Numbered from the stretch's first letter, positions 10,812-21,801 are shown. The stretch is DNA of 64,000 nt from an uncultured Nitrospiraceae bacterium (GCA_963706325.1 CAVPLT010000006.1:64001-128000); one strand, 5' to 3'. Numbers and translations are program-made. Notes: generated by a model from the letters alone, not told the origin.

Positions 10812-12506
10812 ATCCCAACAATCTACGGACAAGTCACGGGGCTAAAGGCCAGTCATCTCTCTGCGTTAGAGCGGCTGTATCGACGGCGTGTGCCTTCCTC
10901 CGCCCTGCTCACGGCCGAACTGGCGCGCACGACCAGCCAGCTGACACGAGAGATACGTCGTCCCATCGGTCTCCTGATCACTCGCCGCGGGATCATCGAA
11001 CAGGTGCTCGTAGGAAACGGCTGCGCACCCACTTTCGAGTCGCTGGCAAAGTTTCGGGTCGGCTCTCATTCGCTCCGTGGTCTCCGGCTGATTCGCACCC
11101 ATCTCCACGACGACCCGTTGAGCCAGGACGATTTGACCCATCTGGCGCTCCTACGACTAGATCTGATCGGGGTGCTGGGCGTAGACGAAAAAGGCGAACC
11201 CAGCCTGCTGCACTTGGCGCATCTGCTCCCCCCTAATCAGCAGGGAGAAGTCTGCCGACTTCTGAAGCCCGTCCCGTTTCATGAGCTGGACCTTCAACTG
11301 GATACTTTCCTGCATGCCCTCGAAAGCGATTTGCAGCGAGCGGACACCAACCATGACGTCGCCAGCGGGAGCGAATCGGCCATTCTGGTCAGCGCGGCAC
11401 CGAAGAGTCATGCCGAACAAGAGGAGCATTTGGAAGAGTTGAACGAGCTGGCCGAATCCGCCGGGGTCCGCGTACTTGACCGAATTGCACAACGCACTCA
11501 CGAGGGATATGAGCGGTATTTGCTCGGGAAGGGAAAACTCAAAGAAGTGGTGATGCGCGCGCTTCAAAAAGGAGCCGACCTGGTGATCTTCGACCAGGAT
11601 CTCGCGCCGGCGCAAGCCCGCGCCATTTCCGAGGTGACGGATCTCAAGGTCATCGATCGCACACAGCTCATTCTGGATATTTTCGCCCGACGCGCGCATA
11701 CCCGTGAAGGCAAGGTTCAAGTGGAGCTGGCTCAGCTTCGGTATCTTCTGCCGCGACTGTCCGGACACGGCGCCTCGCTGTCACGTCTTGGAGGCGGAAT
11801 CGGCTCGCGCGGCCCCGGTGAAACCAAGCTGGAGACCGATCGCCGCCGCATCCGTGACCGCATCGCGCATCTGGAGCGGGAGATCGACGATGTGGCCCGC
11901 CACCAGGACCAGCGGCGATCCAGACGTGTGCGCCAGGGGCTTCCGATCCTCTCCATTGTCGGTTACACCAATGCCGGCAAATCGACCCTGCTCAACACCT
12001 TGACTCACAGTCAGATCCCGGCGCAGGATCGCCTCTTTGAAACGCTCGATACGACTAGCCGCCGGCTTCGTTTTCCTCATGACCGCGAAGTCATCGTGAC
12101 CGATACAGTGGGTTTTATCAGGGATCTCCCCAAAGATCTCGTCGGAGCCTTTCGCACCACGCTGGACGAATTGCGGGATGCCGACATACTTCTGCACGTG
12201 GTCGATGCCTCTGCTTCCAATGTCGATCAACAGATCACCGCCGTCGAAACCGTCTTGCAATCACTCAGCCTCGACACGATTCCCCGCGTCATGGTCTTGA
12301 ATAAATGTGATCGACTCTCGGCACACGAGTCCAGTGTCCTCTGTGAACGGTATCACGCGGTCGGGATCTCGGCGCTGCACCGTGAAACACTACGCCCGTT
12401 GATTGCGCACCTCGAAGCCCTGTTACCTGCCATCCCGACACCTCCGGGGCACGAGGAAGATCCGGACCAGCCACCCCAGGATCTGGTGTTTGCATCTCAG
12501 TCCTGA
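10812..12506 (+). CDS. hflX: GTPase HflX with long N-terminal extension (start uncertain, see findings)
   Basis: LILDIFA..A.TREGK.QVELAQ, RGPGETKLETDRR, GYTNAGKS, LFETLD, DTVGF, NKCD. Confidence 0.95.
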   Translation: MPTIYGQVTGLKASHLSALERLYRRRVPSSALLTAELARTTSQLTREIRRPIGLLITRRGIIEQVLVGNGCAPTFESLAKFRVGSHSLRGLRLIRTHLHDDPLSQDDLTHLALLRLDLIGVLGVDEKGEPSLLHLAHLLPPNQQGEVCRLLKPVPFHELDLQLDTFLHALESDLQRADTNHDVASGSESAILVSAAPKSHAEQEEHLEELNELAESAGVRVLDRIAQRTHEGYERYLLGKGKLKEVVMRALQKGADLVIFDQDLAPAQARAISEVTDLKVIDRTQLILDIFARRAHTREGKVQVELAQLRYLLPRLSGHGASLSRLGGGIGSRGPGETKLETDRRRIRDRIAHLEREIDDVARHQDQRRSRRVRQGLPILSIVGYTNAGKSTLLNTLTHSQIPAQDRLFETLDTTSRRLRFPHDREVIVTDTVGFIRDLPKDLVGAFRTTLDELRDADILLHVVDASASNVDQQITAVETVLQSLSLDTIPRVMVLNKCDRLSAHESSVLCERYHAVGISALHRETLRPLIAHLEALLPAIPTPPGHEEDPDQPPQDLVFASQS

Positions 12507-12539
12507 CCTCTGCAGAATTGACCGGCACCACACTGCATC

Positions 12540-13211
12540 ATGAACGTAGCCAGAACAGATCGACCGGCGGGCGCCACGGCCAAGCGCCGCCTCGCACGGA
12601 TGCTGACCGCGCTGCGCGCGACCTCACCGACGAGGAAAGTCGAGCTCGATCATCGCACGCCGTGGGAGCTTCTAGTTGCCACCATCCTGTCCGCGCAATG
12701 CACCGATCAGCGGGTCAACCAAGTCACGCCGAACCTGTTTCGTCGCTACCAGGAGCCCCGCGACTATGCCGCTGCCGACCCCAAGGAATTGGAAGCCCTC
12801 ATACGGCCGACCGGGTTCTTCAAAGCGAAAGCCAGGAACCTCATGCAATGTGCGAAGGTGCTGGCCGAGCGCTTCGAGGGGAAGGTTCCCGATACGATGG
12901 AAGCACTGACCACTCTACCGGGAGTGGGGAGAAAGACTGCGAACGTCATACTAGGGAACGCATTCGGAAAACCTGGTGTGGTAGTCGATACCCATGTGAA
13001 ACGAGTGGCCTGGCGACTCCAGCTGACGCGTCATTTGGATCCGACCAAGGTCGAAATGGATCTCCGGCAGTTACTCCCTGAAGAGCAGTGGACTGAAGGC
13101 TCGCAACGACTGCTGCTGCATGGACGATATGTCTGCCTCGCACGCACGCCGAAATGCCGCCAGTGCTCTTTGTATGCCGATTGCCATTGGGAAGGGAAAA
13201 TCGCACGATGA
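12540..13211 (+). CDS. nth: Endonuclease III
   Basis: LSAQCTD, HhH LPGVGRKTANV, VDTHV, C-x6-C-x2-C-x5-C Fe-S motif. Confidence 0.96.
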   Translation: MNVARTDRPAGATAKRRLARMLTALRATSPTRKVELDHRTPWELLVATILSAQCTDQRVNQVTPNLFRRYQEPRDYAAADPKELEALIRPTGFFKAKARNLMQCAKVLAERFEGKVPDTMEALTTLPGVGRKTANVILGNAFGKPGVVVDTHVKRVAWRLQLTRHLDPTKVEMDLRQLLPEEQWTEGSQRLLLHGRYVCLARTPKCRQCSLYADCHWEGKIAR

Positions 13212-14086
13212 TTCGAAGTATGACTGGGTATGGCAAGAAAGATGACACGTCCAAACAAGCGGGGGTCACCGTGGAGATCCGCTCGGTGAACCACCGCTTC
13301 CTGGAAGTATCCGTCAGAGTTCCGCGCTCCCTTGCCCAGCTGGAGGACCAGATTCGAAAGGCCGTGCAGCAGCATTGTCTCCGCGGCCGGGTCGACGTCT
13401 CCGTCTCGGTGCACAACAGCGGAAACGGACTTAAAGCCGTGACGATTGATCACGCGCTGGCGAAGCAATACCATATCGCCCTCAAGAAACTTCAAAAAAC
13501 ACTCGGAATGCGTGGGACTCTGGACATTTCGCTGCTCGCTGGATTTCGCGACATCGTGTCTCTAACCGATCAACCGGTCGATGCCGGTCAGCTGAGCAAA
13601 ACCGTCCTGCGCGTGCTCGGAGGAGCCGTGAAGGATTTGGACGGCATGCGCCGCCGGGAGGGGGAGGCGCTCGCCAAAGATCTTGCTATCCATTTAGAAG
13701 CCCTCCGAACGGCCAAGACCTCCGTGGCAAAGAAGGCGCCGGTATTGGCTCAAGAGGCGTTCGATCGCATGAAAACGAGGGTTCAGGCCTTGCTCCACGG
13801 CGAAGTCCCGGATCAAGCCCGACTTCTGCAGGAACTGGCGGTATATGCCGATCGTTCCGATCTATCAGAAGAATTGGTCAGACTTGAGTCACATATGCTA
13901 CAGTTCGACCAGACGCTCAGAAGTAAGGAGTCAGTGGGGAAGACCTTGGAGTTCATCCTGCAGGAAATGGGGCGCGAAGTGAACACGATCGGCTCGAAAG
14001 CGAATGACGCCGATATTGCCGCGTTGGTCGTCCGCATGAAGGCCGAACTAGAAAAATTACGCGAACAAGTTCAAAATGTGGAATAG
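13208..14086 (+). CDS. yicC: YicC/YloC family endoribonuclease
   Basis: MIRSMTGYG, EIRSVNHRFLE, QEMGREVNTIGSK, EKLREQVQNVE; ATGA overlap with nth. Confidence 0.94.
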   Translation: MIRSMTGYGKKDDTSKQAGVTVEIRSVNHRFLEVSVRVPRSLAQLEDQIRKAVQQHCLRGRVDVSVSVHNSGNGLKAVTIDHALAKQYHIALKKLQKTLGMRGTLDISLLAGFRDIVSLTDQPVDAGQLSKTVLRVLGGAVKDLDGMRRREGEALAKDLAIHLEALRTAKTSVAKKAPVLAQEAFDRMKTRVQALLHGEVPDQARLLQELAVYADRSDLSEELVRLESHMLQFDQTLRSKESVGKTLEFILQEMGREVNTIGSKANDADIAALVVRMKAELEKLREQVQNVE

Positions 14087-14117
14087 GATCGGCGGAGGCG
14101 CCGGCGCCGAATAATCT

Positions 14118-14834
14118 ATGAGCACCCCACCCATTTCCTCTCACGACAAACCGGCTCAAGTGCGCCGTGGCATCCTGTTTGTGATTTCCGCTCCATCAGG
14201 CAGCGGGAAGACGACGCTGTGCAAACAGATCACAGCCCAGGTGCCCGCTCTCTGGCACTCGATCTCATACACGACCCGCAAACCACGCCCCGGTGAAGTG
14301 GAGGGACAGGATTATTACTTTCTCGATGAGACCACATTTCGGCATATGATCGATCGCAACGAATTCGTCGAGTGGGCACACGTGTACGGGAATTTATACG
14401 GCACTCCTCGCAAGGTCTTGTCCGATAAACTGGAGCAAGGCATCGATGTCCTGCTTGAAATCGACGTGCAAGGCGCACGTTCGGTCAAGAAGAGGTTCGA
14501 GGATGCCGTCTATATCTTCATTCTCCCCCCATCGTTTGACACGCTACGGACGAGGCTCCAAAACAGGGCGGGGGACTCACCGGATGAAATTCAACGTCGC
14601 CTGCAGAAGGCGAAGGAAGAAGTGTGGAGCTACCGGGAGTACTATTACATCGTTCGAAACGACGACCTGAAACAATCCTTAAAAGAGCTCGAAAGCATTT
14701 TTCTGGCGGAACGCATCAAGACCAAACGGTTGAACATGACCTGGCTGGAAGAAAAGTTCATTCTCGACAAAGAGGGAAAGCAGGGGAGTTCTTCCTCCGC
14801 CCCCGTATCAAAGGAGCACATGCACCATGGGTGA
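14118..14834 (+). CDS. gmk: Guanylate kinase
   Basis: SAPSGSGKTT, SYTTRKPRPGE, GNLYGT, LEIDVQG. Confidence 0.96.
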   Translation: MSTPPISSHDKPAQVRRGILFVISAPSGSGKTTLCKQITAQVPALWHSISYTTRKPRPGEVEGQDYYFLDETTFRHMIDRNEFVEWAHVYGNLYGTPRKVLSDKLEQGIDVLLEIDVQGARSVKKRFEDAVYIFILPPSFDTLRTRLQNRAGDSPDEIQRRLQKAKEEVWSYREYYYIVRNDDLKQSLKELESIFLAERIKTKRLNMTWLEEKFILDKEGKQGSSSSAPVSKEHMHHG

Positions 14835-15186
14835 AATGTTAAGTCTGTTACCGCAATACGCCACCGGCGAATTCGATTCACGACACCGTCTAGTCATCAT
14901 CGCGGCTCAACGTGCCAAGCAGTTGGTGCAAGGCGCCCGTCCTGCCGGCGCATCCAAATTTACGAAAGAGACCAGCATTGCGCTCGATGAGGTCCTGCGA
15001 CATAAAGTGAAGTTTCTCATCGGCAAGGAGGCCCGTGACGCCATCAAGGAATCGAAACGCGTGAAAGAGGGCGAGACGGAGCGCTTAGCCATGATGACGG
15101 GAGAAGATGCCAAGGAAATTAAGAAAGAATTGAGCGTGTACGTTGATGACAGCGTCAAACCTGCCCCGCCACAGGGCGAAGAGTAG
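14827..15186 (+). CDS. rpoZ: RNA polymerase omega subunit
   Basis: SRHRLVIIAAQRAKQL motif; position between gmk and coaBC. Confidence 0.88.
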   Translation: MGEMLSLLPQYATGEFDSRHRLVIIAAQRAKQLVQGARPAGASKFTKETSIALDEVLRHKVKFLIGKEARDAIKESKRVKEGETERLAMMTGEDAKEIKKELSVYVDDSVKPAPPQGEE

Positions 15187-15195
15187 TCTCCCTCC

Positions 15196-16455
15196 GTGCA
15201 GACTGGCGGCCCCTCTCTCACCGGTCTTCGCATCGTGCTCGGTGTTTCCGGGAGTATTGCGGCCTATAAGGCCGTAGGGATCCTGCGGCTGCTTCGCCGT
15301 GAAGGGGCCGATGTCAGCGTCGTGATGACGACGGGCGCCTGTCGATTCGTCACCCCGCTGACCTTTGAGGTACTGTCCGGTGCCCATGTAGCGACGGATC
15401 TCTTCGAAGCTCATCAGGAAATGCTGCACCTCTCTCTTCCCGAGCGGGCCGATGCGATTCTCATCGCGCCGGCCACCGCAAATTGTCTGGCCAAGGCCGC
15501 GCTCGGACTCGCCGATGATCTCTTGTCCACGATGCTCCTGACGACAGGGCGCCCGCTAGTCATCGCTCCCGCGATGGACGGGGATATGTGGCGACACCCA
15601 ACCGTCGTGGAGCATGTCGCCGCTCTCCGAGGTCGCGGAGCCGTCATCGTCGAGCCGGAAGAAGGCCCCCTAGCATCCGGCTGCATAGGGCAGGGACGAT
15701 TGGCCGGGGAGCAAAACATCCTTGCGGAGCTCCAGCTGGCCGTTCGTCCACACGGAGATTGGAGCGACCGTCATGTGCTGATTTCAGCCGGACCCACGCA
15801 GGAGGCCATCGACCCCGTGCGGTATATCTCCAACCGATCCTCAGGCAAAATGGGTTATGCCCTCGCCGAAGCGGCGAAGAAGCGGGGGGCTGACGTGTGC
15901 TTGGTCTCCGGCCCCACGGCCCTTCAGCCACCCAGAGGTGTCGAAGTGCGCGCCGTGACGACGGCCGAGGAGATGAGGAAGGCGATTCTCAGCCGATTGA
16001 CATGGAGCCATGCCGTGATCATGGCCGCGGCGGTCGCCGACTTTCGTCCCGCACGGCCGTCTCTCCAAAAACTCAAAAAACAACAGGGCCCGATTACCAG
16101 CCTCTCGTTAGAGCCGACCGATGACATTCTCCTGGAACTCTCCCGGTGTCGAACGACTCAATTGCTCGTGGGATTTGCCGCAGAAACTGAGGATCTTCTT
16201 GTCCACGCACAAAAAAAGCTGCATGCTAAGGGCATTGATATGCTGGTCGCCAACAATGTCACCGGTGCCGGATCCGGCTTTGGGTCAGACACCAACCGAG
16301 TGATACTCTTGGATCGTGCTGGGCAAACGGAGGAGCTGCCGTTGTTATCCAAACGAGATGTGGCCGACCGGATTCTAGACCGTATGCTGAGGCTGGGAAC
16401 CGTTCCGCGGGTATCGGCAAAGTCGTCGCGAACGCGAACGTCTCGCAAGGAGTGA
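15196..16455 (+). CDS. coaBC: Bifunctional phosphopantothenoylcysteine decarboxylase/synthetase
   Basis: GVSGSIAAYKA, APATAN, APAM, AGPT.E.IDPVRYISNRSSGKMG, AAVADF, VGFAAET. Confidence 0.96.
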   Translation: MQTGGPSLTGLRIVLGVSGSIAAYKAVGILRLLRREGADVSVVMTTGACRFVTPLTFEVLSGAHVATDLFEAHQEMLHLSLPERADAILIAPATANCLAKAALGLADDLLSTMLLTTGRPLVIAPAMDGDMWRHPTVVEHVAALRGRGAVIVEPEEGPLASGCIGQGRLAGEQNILAELQLAVRPHGDWSDRHVLISAGPTQEAIDPVRYISNRSSGKMGYALAEAAKKRGADVCLVSGPTALQPPRGVEVRAVTTAEEMRKAILSRLTWSHAVIMAAAVADFRPARPSLQKLKKQQGPITSLSLEPTDDILLELSRCRTTQLLVGFAAETEDLLVHAQKKLHAKGIDMLVANNVTGAGSGFGSDTNRVILLDRAGQTEELPLLSKRDVADRILDRMLRLGTVPRVSAKSSRTRTSRKE

Positions 16456-17126
16456 GCGTGGCTTCATCACCGCGTATCGATCCGACCATCGCGCTTCAAA
16501 TCGATCGTTTGGCCACCGCTGTGGCCAAAGACCCCCGCTCGAAAGAGTTCGTTCCCCTCGCGGATGAATACATTAAAGCAGGCATGTGGCAAGAGGCGGC
16601 GGCCGTGCTTGAAGACGGTCTCAAAGCCTATCCGGGTTTTGTTACCGCCATGGCAGCGCTCGGTCGAGTGTACGACCAATTGGGTCAGCCGGTGAAGGCG
16701 AAGGCAATTCTCGAAGAAGTCGTCAAGCAACGCCCGGACAATCTGCGCGGGCATCGCATTCTGGCCAAACTCTATCAGGGCGAGGGCAAGGCGGACTTGG
16801 CGTTGCGATCCTGCGCCGTGATATTAGGCGCCAATCCTTCCGATGAAGAGGCGCTCGCCATCAAACGAAGCATCACCGGCAACCCCGATGAGCACCAGCA
16901 ATCCAAGCGTGACAAGAAACGCATCGGCAGGGAAACTACAGCAGCCCCCGTGAAACAATCCGTGCCTCCTGTCACCATGTCGGCGTCTTCCACTCCGGTG
17001 TCAACACTGTCGCCTGAAGCGACACCTGAACCTCCCAGCATGAAACATGCGGCGACCATCGCGCGACTAGAAGCCTGGTTACGCACTATTCAGTCACATC
17101 GTGAAACCGATTCCCATCGCATCTAG
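16452..17126 (+). CDS. Tetratricopeptide repeat protein
   Basis: TPR-like helices (A..LE.GL..YP, ALGRVY), Pro/Ser linker, RLEAWL C-terminal helix. Confidence 0.8.
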   Translation: MSVASSPRIDPTIALQIDRLATAVAKDPRSKEFVPLADEYIKAGMWQEAAAVLEDGLKAYPGFVTAMAALGRVYDQLGQPVKAKAILEEVVKQRPDNLRGHRILAKLYQGEGKADLALRSCAVILGANPSDEEALAIKRSITGNPDEHQQSKRDKKRIGRETTAAPVKQSVPPVTMSASSTPVSTLSPEATPEPPSMKHAATIARLEAWLRTIQSHRETDSHRI

Positions 17127-17162
17127 TGTAAGGCACTTGCCATTCCATCCCCTATAGAGCGT

Positions 17163-17191
17163 TTGACCCACCCCGGACAGCCTGTTAGAAT
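17163..17191 (+). promoter_or_regulatory. Sigma70-type promoter for aroQ-efp-accBC
   Basis: TTGACC, 17 nt, TAGAAT. Confidence 0.6.
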
Positions 17192-17254
17192 GCCGCCGCT
17201 GCTGACTTTCCTATCCACTGCAGCTGACTGTTAACCGAGACGTGCGATCGAAAC

Positions 17255-17752
17255 ATGCTGCGGCTACTTGTGCTTCATGGGCCCAATTTGAATCTCCTGG
17301 GGACGCGAGAACCATCCGTCTACGGTAACCTGTCGCTGGCAGAGATCGATAAGTCCATCGCCCGTCATGCCGCTACCCTAGGGATTGCAGTACAAAGCAA
17401 ACAGTCGAACGTGGAAGGAGAGTTGGTGACCTGGATTCAGAACGCCAGGGGTCACTTCGATGGAATTGTGGTGAATCCGGCCGGTTACACCCATACCAGT
17501 ATCGCAATTCGAGATGCGATTGCCGCCGTCGCGCTGCCGACAGTCGAAGTGCACCTGTCGAACATTCATCAGCGGGAGGAGTTTCGCCATCACTCCTTCA
17601 TCGCGGGCGTGGCCCTTGGACAGATTTCCGGATTCGGCCCAACCGGGTATCTCTTGGCGTTGGACGGACTTCTCGCGCATCTCAACAGCCGCCAGAGGCC
17701 ATCGCGTTCGCGCCCCGCATCGAATAGAAAACCCACGGCCTCGCGCCGTTGA
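17255..17752 (+). CDS. aroQ: Type II 3-dehydroquinate dehydratase
   Basis: [36 protein letters not shown]. Confidence 0.97.
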   Translation: MLRLLVLHGPNLNLLGTREPSVYGNLSLAEIDKSIARHAATLGIAVQSKQSNVEGELVTWIQNARGHFDGIVVNPAGYTHTSIAIRDAIAAVALPTVEVHLSNIHQREEFRHHSFIAGVALGQISGFGPTGYLLALDGLLAHLNSRQRPSRSRPASNRKPTASRR

Positions 17753-17778
17753 CCTCTGTCCTATCAAGGAGTGTTGTT

Positions 17779-18339
17779 GTGATTTCGACCGCAGAGTTTC
17801 GAAACGGCAGTCGTTTAATGGTGGAGGGACAGCCCTTCTACATCGTGGAGTTTCAGCATGTCAAACCCGGAAAGGGCGGGGCGTTCGTCCGGACGAAACT
17901 GAAAAGTTATCTCACGGGCAACGTCCTGGACCGGACCTTCCGCTCCGGTGAACGGTTCGAGGATCCCGATCTGGAGGAATGCGACATGCAATTCCTCTAT
18001 GCCACCAATGACTCGTACACCTTCATGGATACGGCTTCGTACGAGCAATCGACCTATGAAAAGAGCCAGCTGGGGGACAATGCGGATCTCCTTAAAGAAA
18101 ATATGGTCGCCAAAATCCTCGTCTATCAACATCGGCCGATTGCCGTCGTGTTGCCGAACTTTATTGAGTTGAAGGTTGTCGACGGCGAGCCCGGTGTGCG
18201 TGGCGATACGGCCTCAGGCGGCAGCAAACCGGTCGTCGTCGAAACCGGCGCGACCATCAAGGTTCCCCTCTACCTGGAAATTGGCGTGACCATTCGCATT
18301 GATACCAGAACTCGGGAGTTTGTGGAGCGCGTGCGTTGA
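17779..18339 (+). CDS. efp: Elongation factor P
   Basis: [31 protein letters not shown] start at 17779 after AAGGAG. Confidence 0.97.
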   Translation: MISTAEFRNGSRLMVEGQPFYIVEFQHVKPGKGGAFVRTKLKSYLTGNVLDRTFRSGERFEDPDLEECDMQFLYATNDSYTFMDTASYEQSTYEKSQLGDNADLLKENMVAKILVYQHRPIAVVLPNFIELKVVDGEPGVRGDTASGGSKPVVVETGATIKVPLYLEIGVTIRIDTRTREFVERVR

Positions 18340-18911
18340 GCCCACTACGCAAACAAGGCGCAAAACGCAAGCCTGCAGGCAAACCAATCGTGCTGCCGAG
18401 CGCGTTCGCGCCTCGATCCCCGGGTTCGGAGACGCTGTTGTCTCCCGACCAGGCTTCTCAGATTCAGCAACTGGCCGATCTGCTTAAGCGTAATCACCTG
18501 ACTGAATTAGAGATCGAACGGAGCGGGACCCGTATCCGCATCACGCAGGAGCCGGCAGTCAGAATGGCGCCGCCACAGGCGGTGGAAACCTCTCTGAGCC
18601 AGGCGACCGCTGCCGGCACTGCGCCAACCGCGCAAGCGCATCCCTCGGCAGACACCGAAGGCCAGGTCACGATTACGTCGCCCATCGTGGGCACCTTCTA
18701 TCGCTCGCCCTCACCCGATGCGGATCCATACGTAGAGGAGGGGGATTACGTGAAGAAGGGCCAGGTCCTATGTATCGTGGAAGCCATGAAGCTGATGAAC
18801 GAGATCGAGTCCGAGGCTGACGGAAGAATCACGAAAATTTTGGCGGAGAGCACCAAGCCTGTGGAATACGGACAACCTCTCTTTTTGGTCGACCCCAACG
18901 CCACGCCCTAA
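18336..18911 (+). CDS. accB: Biotin carboxyl carrier protein
   Basis: [20 protein letters not shown] biotinylation motif. Confidence 0.96.
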   Translation: MSPLRKQGAKRKPAGKPIVLPSAFAPRSPGSETLLSPDQASQIQQLADLLKRNHLTELEIERSGTRIRITQEPAVRMAPPQAVETSLSQATAAGTAPTAQAHPSADTEGQVTITSPIVGTFYRSPSPDADPYVEEGDYVKKGQVLCIVEAMKLMNEIESEADGRITKILAESTKPVEYGQPLFLVDPNATP

Positions 18912-19059
18912 CCGCGTGGCGCACGATCCTCATGAATTTCGCGTACAATGCTAATGGCGACAGCCGGGCGACGAAACAAGTCTCGGCAGCCCTTCGGTAA
19001 TCGCAAGCAACACCATCATGAACAGCGGAGTATCGGTGTGATCTACGTCGGAACAGGTC

Positions 19060-20409
19060 GTGTTTAAAAAAGTTTTAGTCGCCAACCGCGGTGAGATTGC
19101 CCTTCGGGTCATCCGAGCCTGCAAGGAACTCGGCATCAAGACCGTGGCGATCCATTCTGAAGCCGATGCGGCCAGCTTGCATGTGCGCGCAGCGGACGAA
19201 CATGTCTGTGTCGGTCCGCCGGAAGCGGCGTTGAGTTATCGGAATATTCCCAATGTTCTGAGCGCTGCCGAGGTGACCGGAGCGGACGCCATCCATCCGG
19301 GCTACGGATTCTTGTCGGAGAATGCGCACTTTGCGGAAGTCTGCGAATCGATCGGCGTGAAGTTTATCGGTCCCACCTCGGAGAACATCGCGTTGATGGG
19401 CGATAAATCCAAGGCGCGCGAGGTCGTGGCGAAGCGCGGACTCCCGGTGACACCCGGCAGTCCCGGCGAACTCAGGAGCGAACAGGATGCCCTGGAGGCC
19501 GCAAAAACCATCGGCTTCCCAGTTATTATCAAAGCGTCGGCCGGCGGCGGTGGACGCGGCATGCGCGTCGTGAACAAGCCCGAGGAATTGGCGCGAGCGT
19601 TTCAGGCCGCGCAAGCCGAGGCCAAATCCACCTTCGGTCATGACGGGGTCTATCTCGAACGGTACTTTCTCGAACCTCGGCATATCGAGGTGCAAATCGT
19701 GGCCGATCATCGCGGCCACGTGGTGCATCTCGGAGAGCGGGACTGCTCGATTCAGCGTCGGCACCAAAAATTGGTGGAAGAAACACCCTCGCCGGCGATC
19801 GATGAGCGATTGCGGCGTGAAATCGGCCGAGTGGCTGTTGAAGCCGTCAAAGCTATTCGCTACTGCAACGTCGGCACGGTGGAATTCTTGCTCGATAAAG
19901 ACCGCAACTTCTTCTTCATGGAAGTCAACACGCGCATTCAAGTCGAACATCCCATCACGGAGATGGTGACCGGTATCGATCTGGTCAAGGAACAAATCCG
20001 AATCGCCTCAGGCATGACGCTCTCATTCAAGCAGCCCGACATTAAGCTGACCGGGCACAGTTTCGAGTGCCGAATCAATGCGGAAGATCCGGAAAAGTTC
20101 ACCCCATGTCCGGGCCAGATCACCAAATATTCGGCTCCCGGAGGATTCGGCATTCGGGTCGATTCCGCGATGGAACCGAGTGCCGTCGTGGTGCCCTACT
20201 ACGATTCCTTAATTGCCAAGTTGATTACGCACGGTCGAGATCGTCAGGAAGCCATGGCCCGGATGCGACGCGCGTTGGATGAATTTGTGATCGAAGGCAT
20301 CAAGACGACCATTCCCCTCCATCGGAAAATCTTCAACGACCCCGATTTTCAAAAGGGGCATGTCTCCACCACGTTCCTCGACCGATTTCTTGCCAGCCAG
20401 ACTTCGTAG
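19060..20409 (+). CDS. accC: Biotin carboxylase
   Basis: [46 protein letters not shown]. Confidence 0.97.
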   Translation: MFKKVLVANRGEIALRVIRACKELGIKTVAIHSEADAASLHVRAADEHVCVGPPEAALSYRNIPNVLSAAEVTGADAIHPGYGFLSENAHFAEVCESIGVKFIGPTSENIALMGDKSKAREVVAKRGLPVTPGSPGELRSEQDALEAAKTIGFPVIIKASAGGGGRGMRVVNKPEELARAFQAAQAEAKSTFGHDGVYLERYFLEPRHIEVQIVADHRGHVVHLGERDCSIQRRHQKLVEETPSPAIDERLRREIGRVAVEAVKAIRYCNVGTVEFLLDKDRNFFFMEVNTRIQVEHPITEMVTGIDLVKEQIRIASGMTLSFKQPDIKLTGHSFECRINAEDPEKFTPCPGQITKYSAPGGFGIRVDSAMEPSAVVVPYYDSLIAKLITHGRDRQEAMARMRRALDEFVIEGIKTTIPLHRKIFNDPDFQKGHVSTTFLDRFLASQTS

Positions 20410-20436
20410 TCCACGCAGGGCACCCGGGAGCGCGTC

Positions 20437-21096
20437 ACGTCTCACGCCACCAAACAACCATTCCTCAAGGGTCTGTATCTCATTCTTGACCCGGCCGTCT
20501 GTTCAAACCGACCGCTGACCGACCTCCTTCGGGAAGCTGCCGGATACGGCGTCCGCCTTTTTCAATATCGTGACAAACGCGCCTCGATGAAAGAGGCTTA
20601 TCTCCATGCGAGCGCGCTGCGGCAAGTTGCCACGGAGGTCGGCGCCCTCTTGATCGTCAACGATCGCTGTGATTTGGCCATGGCCGTGAATGCGGATGGG
20701 GTCCATCTGGGACAGGAAGACCTTCCCATCGCCTACGCACGGCAACTATTGGGAACTCGCAAGATCATCGGACTGTCGACGCATACGGTAACCCAGGTCC
20801 ATGACGCAATCACGGCACAGCCAGACTATATAGGGTTCGGACCGATCTACCGCACAGCAACCAAAACTGATCACGACCCGGTGGTGGGTTTGGAAGGACT
20901 ACGCGCAGTGCGGGGGATGACCACGCTGCCGTTGTTTGCCATCGGAGGCCTGACCGCGGATACATCTCGAGAAGCGATGGCGGCGGGGTCGGATGGCGTG
21001 GCTGTGATCTCTGCCATCCTTAAGGCTTCCGATCTGGGAGCGGCTATCCGGAAATTTCAGGCGGCGCTCGCCATACCAGATCGGCAAGATTCATGA
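20437..21096 (+). CDS. thiE: Thiamine-phosphate synthase (start uncertain, see findings)
   Basis: GLYLILD, QYRDK, IVNDR, GVHLGQED, GLSTH, GPIY.T.TK, AIGG; homology begins upstream of the first ATG at 20587. Confidence 0.92.
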   Translation, partial: TSHATKQPFLKGLYLILDPAVCSNRPLTDLLREAAGYGVRLFQYRDKRASMKEAYLHASALRQVATEVGALLIVNDRCDLAMAVNADGVHLGQEDLPIAYARQLLGTRKIIGLSTHTVTQVHDAITAQPDYIGFGPIYRTATKTDHDPVVGLEGLRAVRGMTTLPLFAIGGLTADTSREAMAAGSDGVAVISAILKASDLGAAIRKFQAALAIPDRQDS

Positions 21097-21796
21097 TAGG
21101 ACCGCTCTGAGCCAAGAGTTCGATCGCAGCGAACCAGTTACAATTAAGTTCTGGTTGATTGGGAAGCGGCCCTAGCACCGGAATGCCCGCATGTTCCCGC
21201 AAGAAAGATACCGTTGACGCCACCTGCTCTCGTTCAAAGGAAGTTCTGGAACCGACCGTCTCATTCAACACCAGCGCCTGAACCACGATGCCTTGGCGCC
21301 CAAGGGATTCCAGTGTGAGGAGCGCATGGTTGATCCCGCCAAGTCCGGCTCGCCCGACAAGCACAACCGGGAGACCCAGCCTGGCGATCAGGTCACGCAC
21401 TGTCCAATCCTGTCCCATTGGAACGAGGACGCCGCCGGCGCCTTCGACCACCATGAACGCATGCCGCTCCGCCAGTTGCCTATATGGCCCTACAATCCCT
21501 TCCACCTCGATGCTGACCCCCTCCAATCCCGCTGCGACAACCGGGGCCAACGGAGCACGGAAGCGGTAGGGACACACCAGTTCCAGCGCATCGTGCAGTC
21601 CTGCCGCAACGATCATTCGAGCGGCGTCGGACTCATCAGGCGAATTGAATCGCACGCCGGTTTCGACCGGTTTCATCACTCCCACGGAGCAGCGCATCTG
21701 CAGGAGCCTTCGGGCGAGCGCGGCGGATATGACGGTCTTCCCCACGCCGGTATCGGTTCCCGTGACGAAGATTCCGCTGTTCATCGTCGATGACAT
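21044..21796 (-). CDS. bioD: Dethiobiotin synthetase
   Basis: FVTGTDTGVGKT, KPVETG, VEGAGG, LGGINH; 3' end overlaps thiE by 53 bp. Confidence 0.95.
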   Translation of the reverse strand: MSSTMNSGIFVTGTDTGVGKTVISAALARRLLQMRCSVGVMKPVETGVRFNSPDESDAARMIVAAGLHDALELVCPYRFRAPLAPVVAAGLEGVSIEVEGIVGPYRQLAERHAFMVVEGAGGVLVPMGQDWTVRDLIARLGLPVVLVGRAGLGGINHALLTLESLGRQGIVVQALVLNETVGSRTSFEREQVASTVSFLREHAGIPVLGPLPNQPELNCNWFAAIELLAQSGPIMNLADLVWRAPPEISG

Positions 21797-21801
21797 CACA
21801 A

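Noticed and set aside
19075..19995. Long antisense ORFs (here, 30627-31418, 31782-32453, 63249-63878 and others)
   Set aside because: Shadows of well-supported genes on the opposite strand, expected in GC-rich DNA.
20410..20470. TPP riboswitch ahead of thiE
   Set aside because: Too little space and no CTGAGA core motif.
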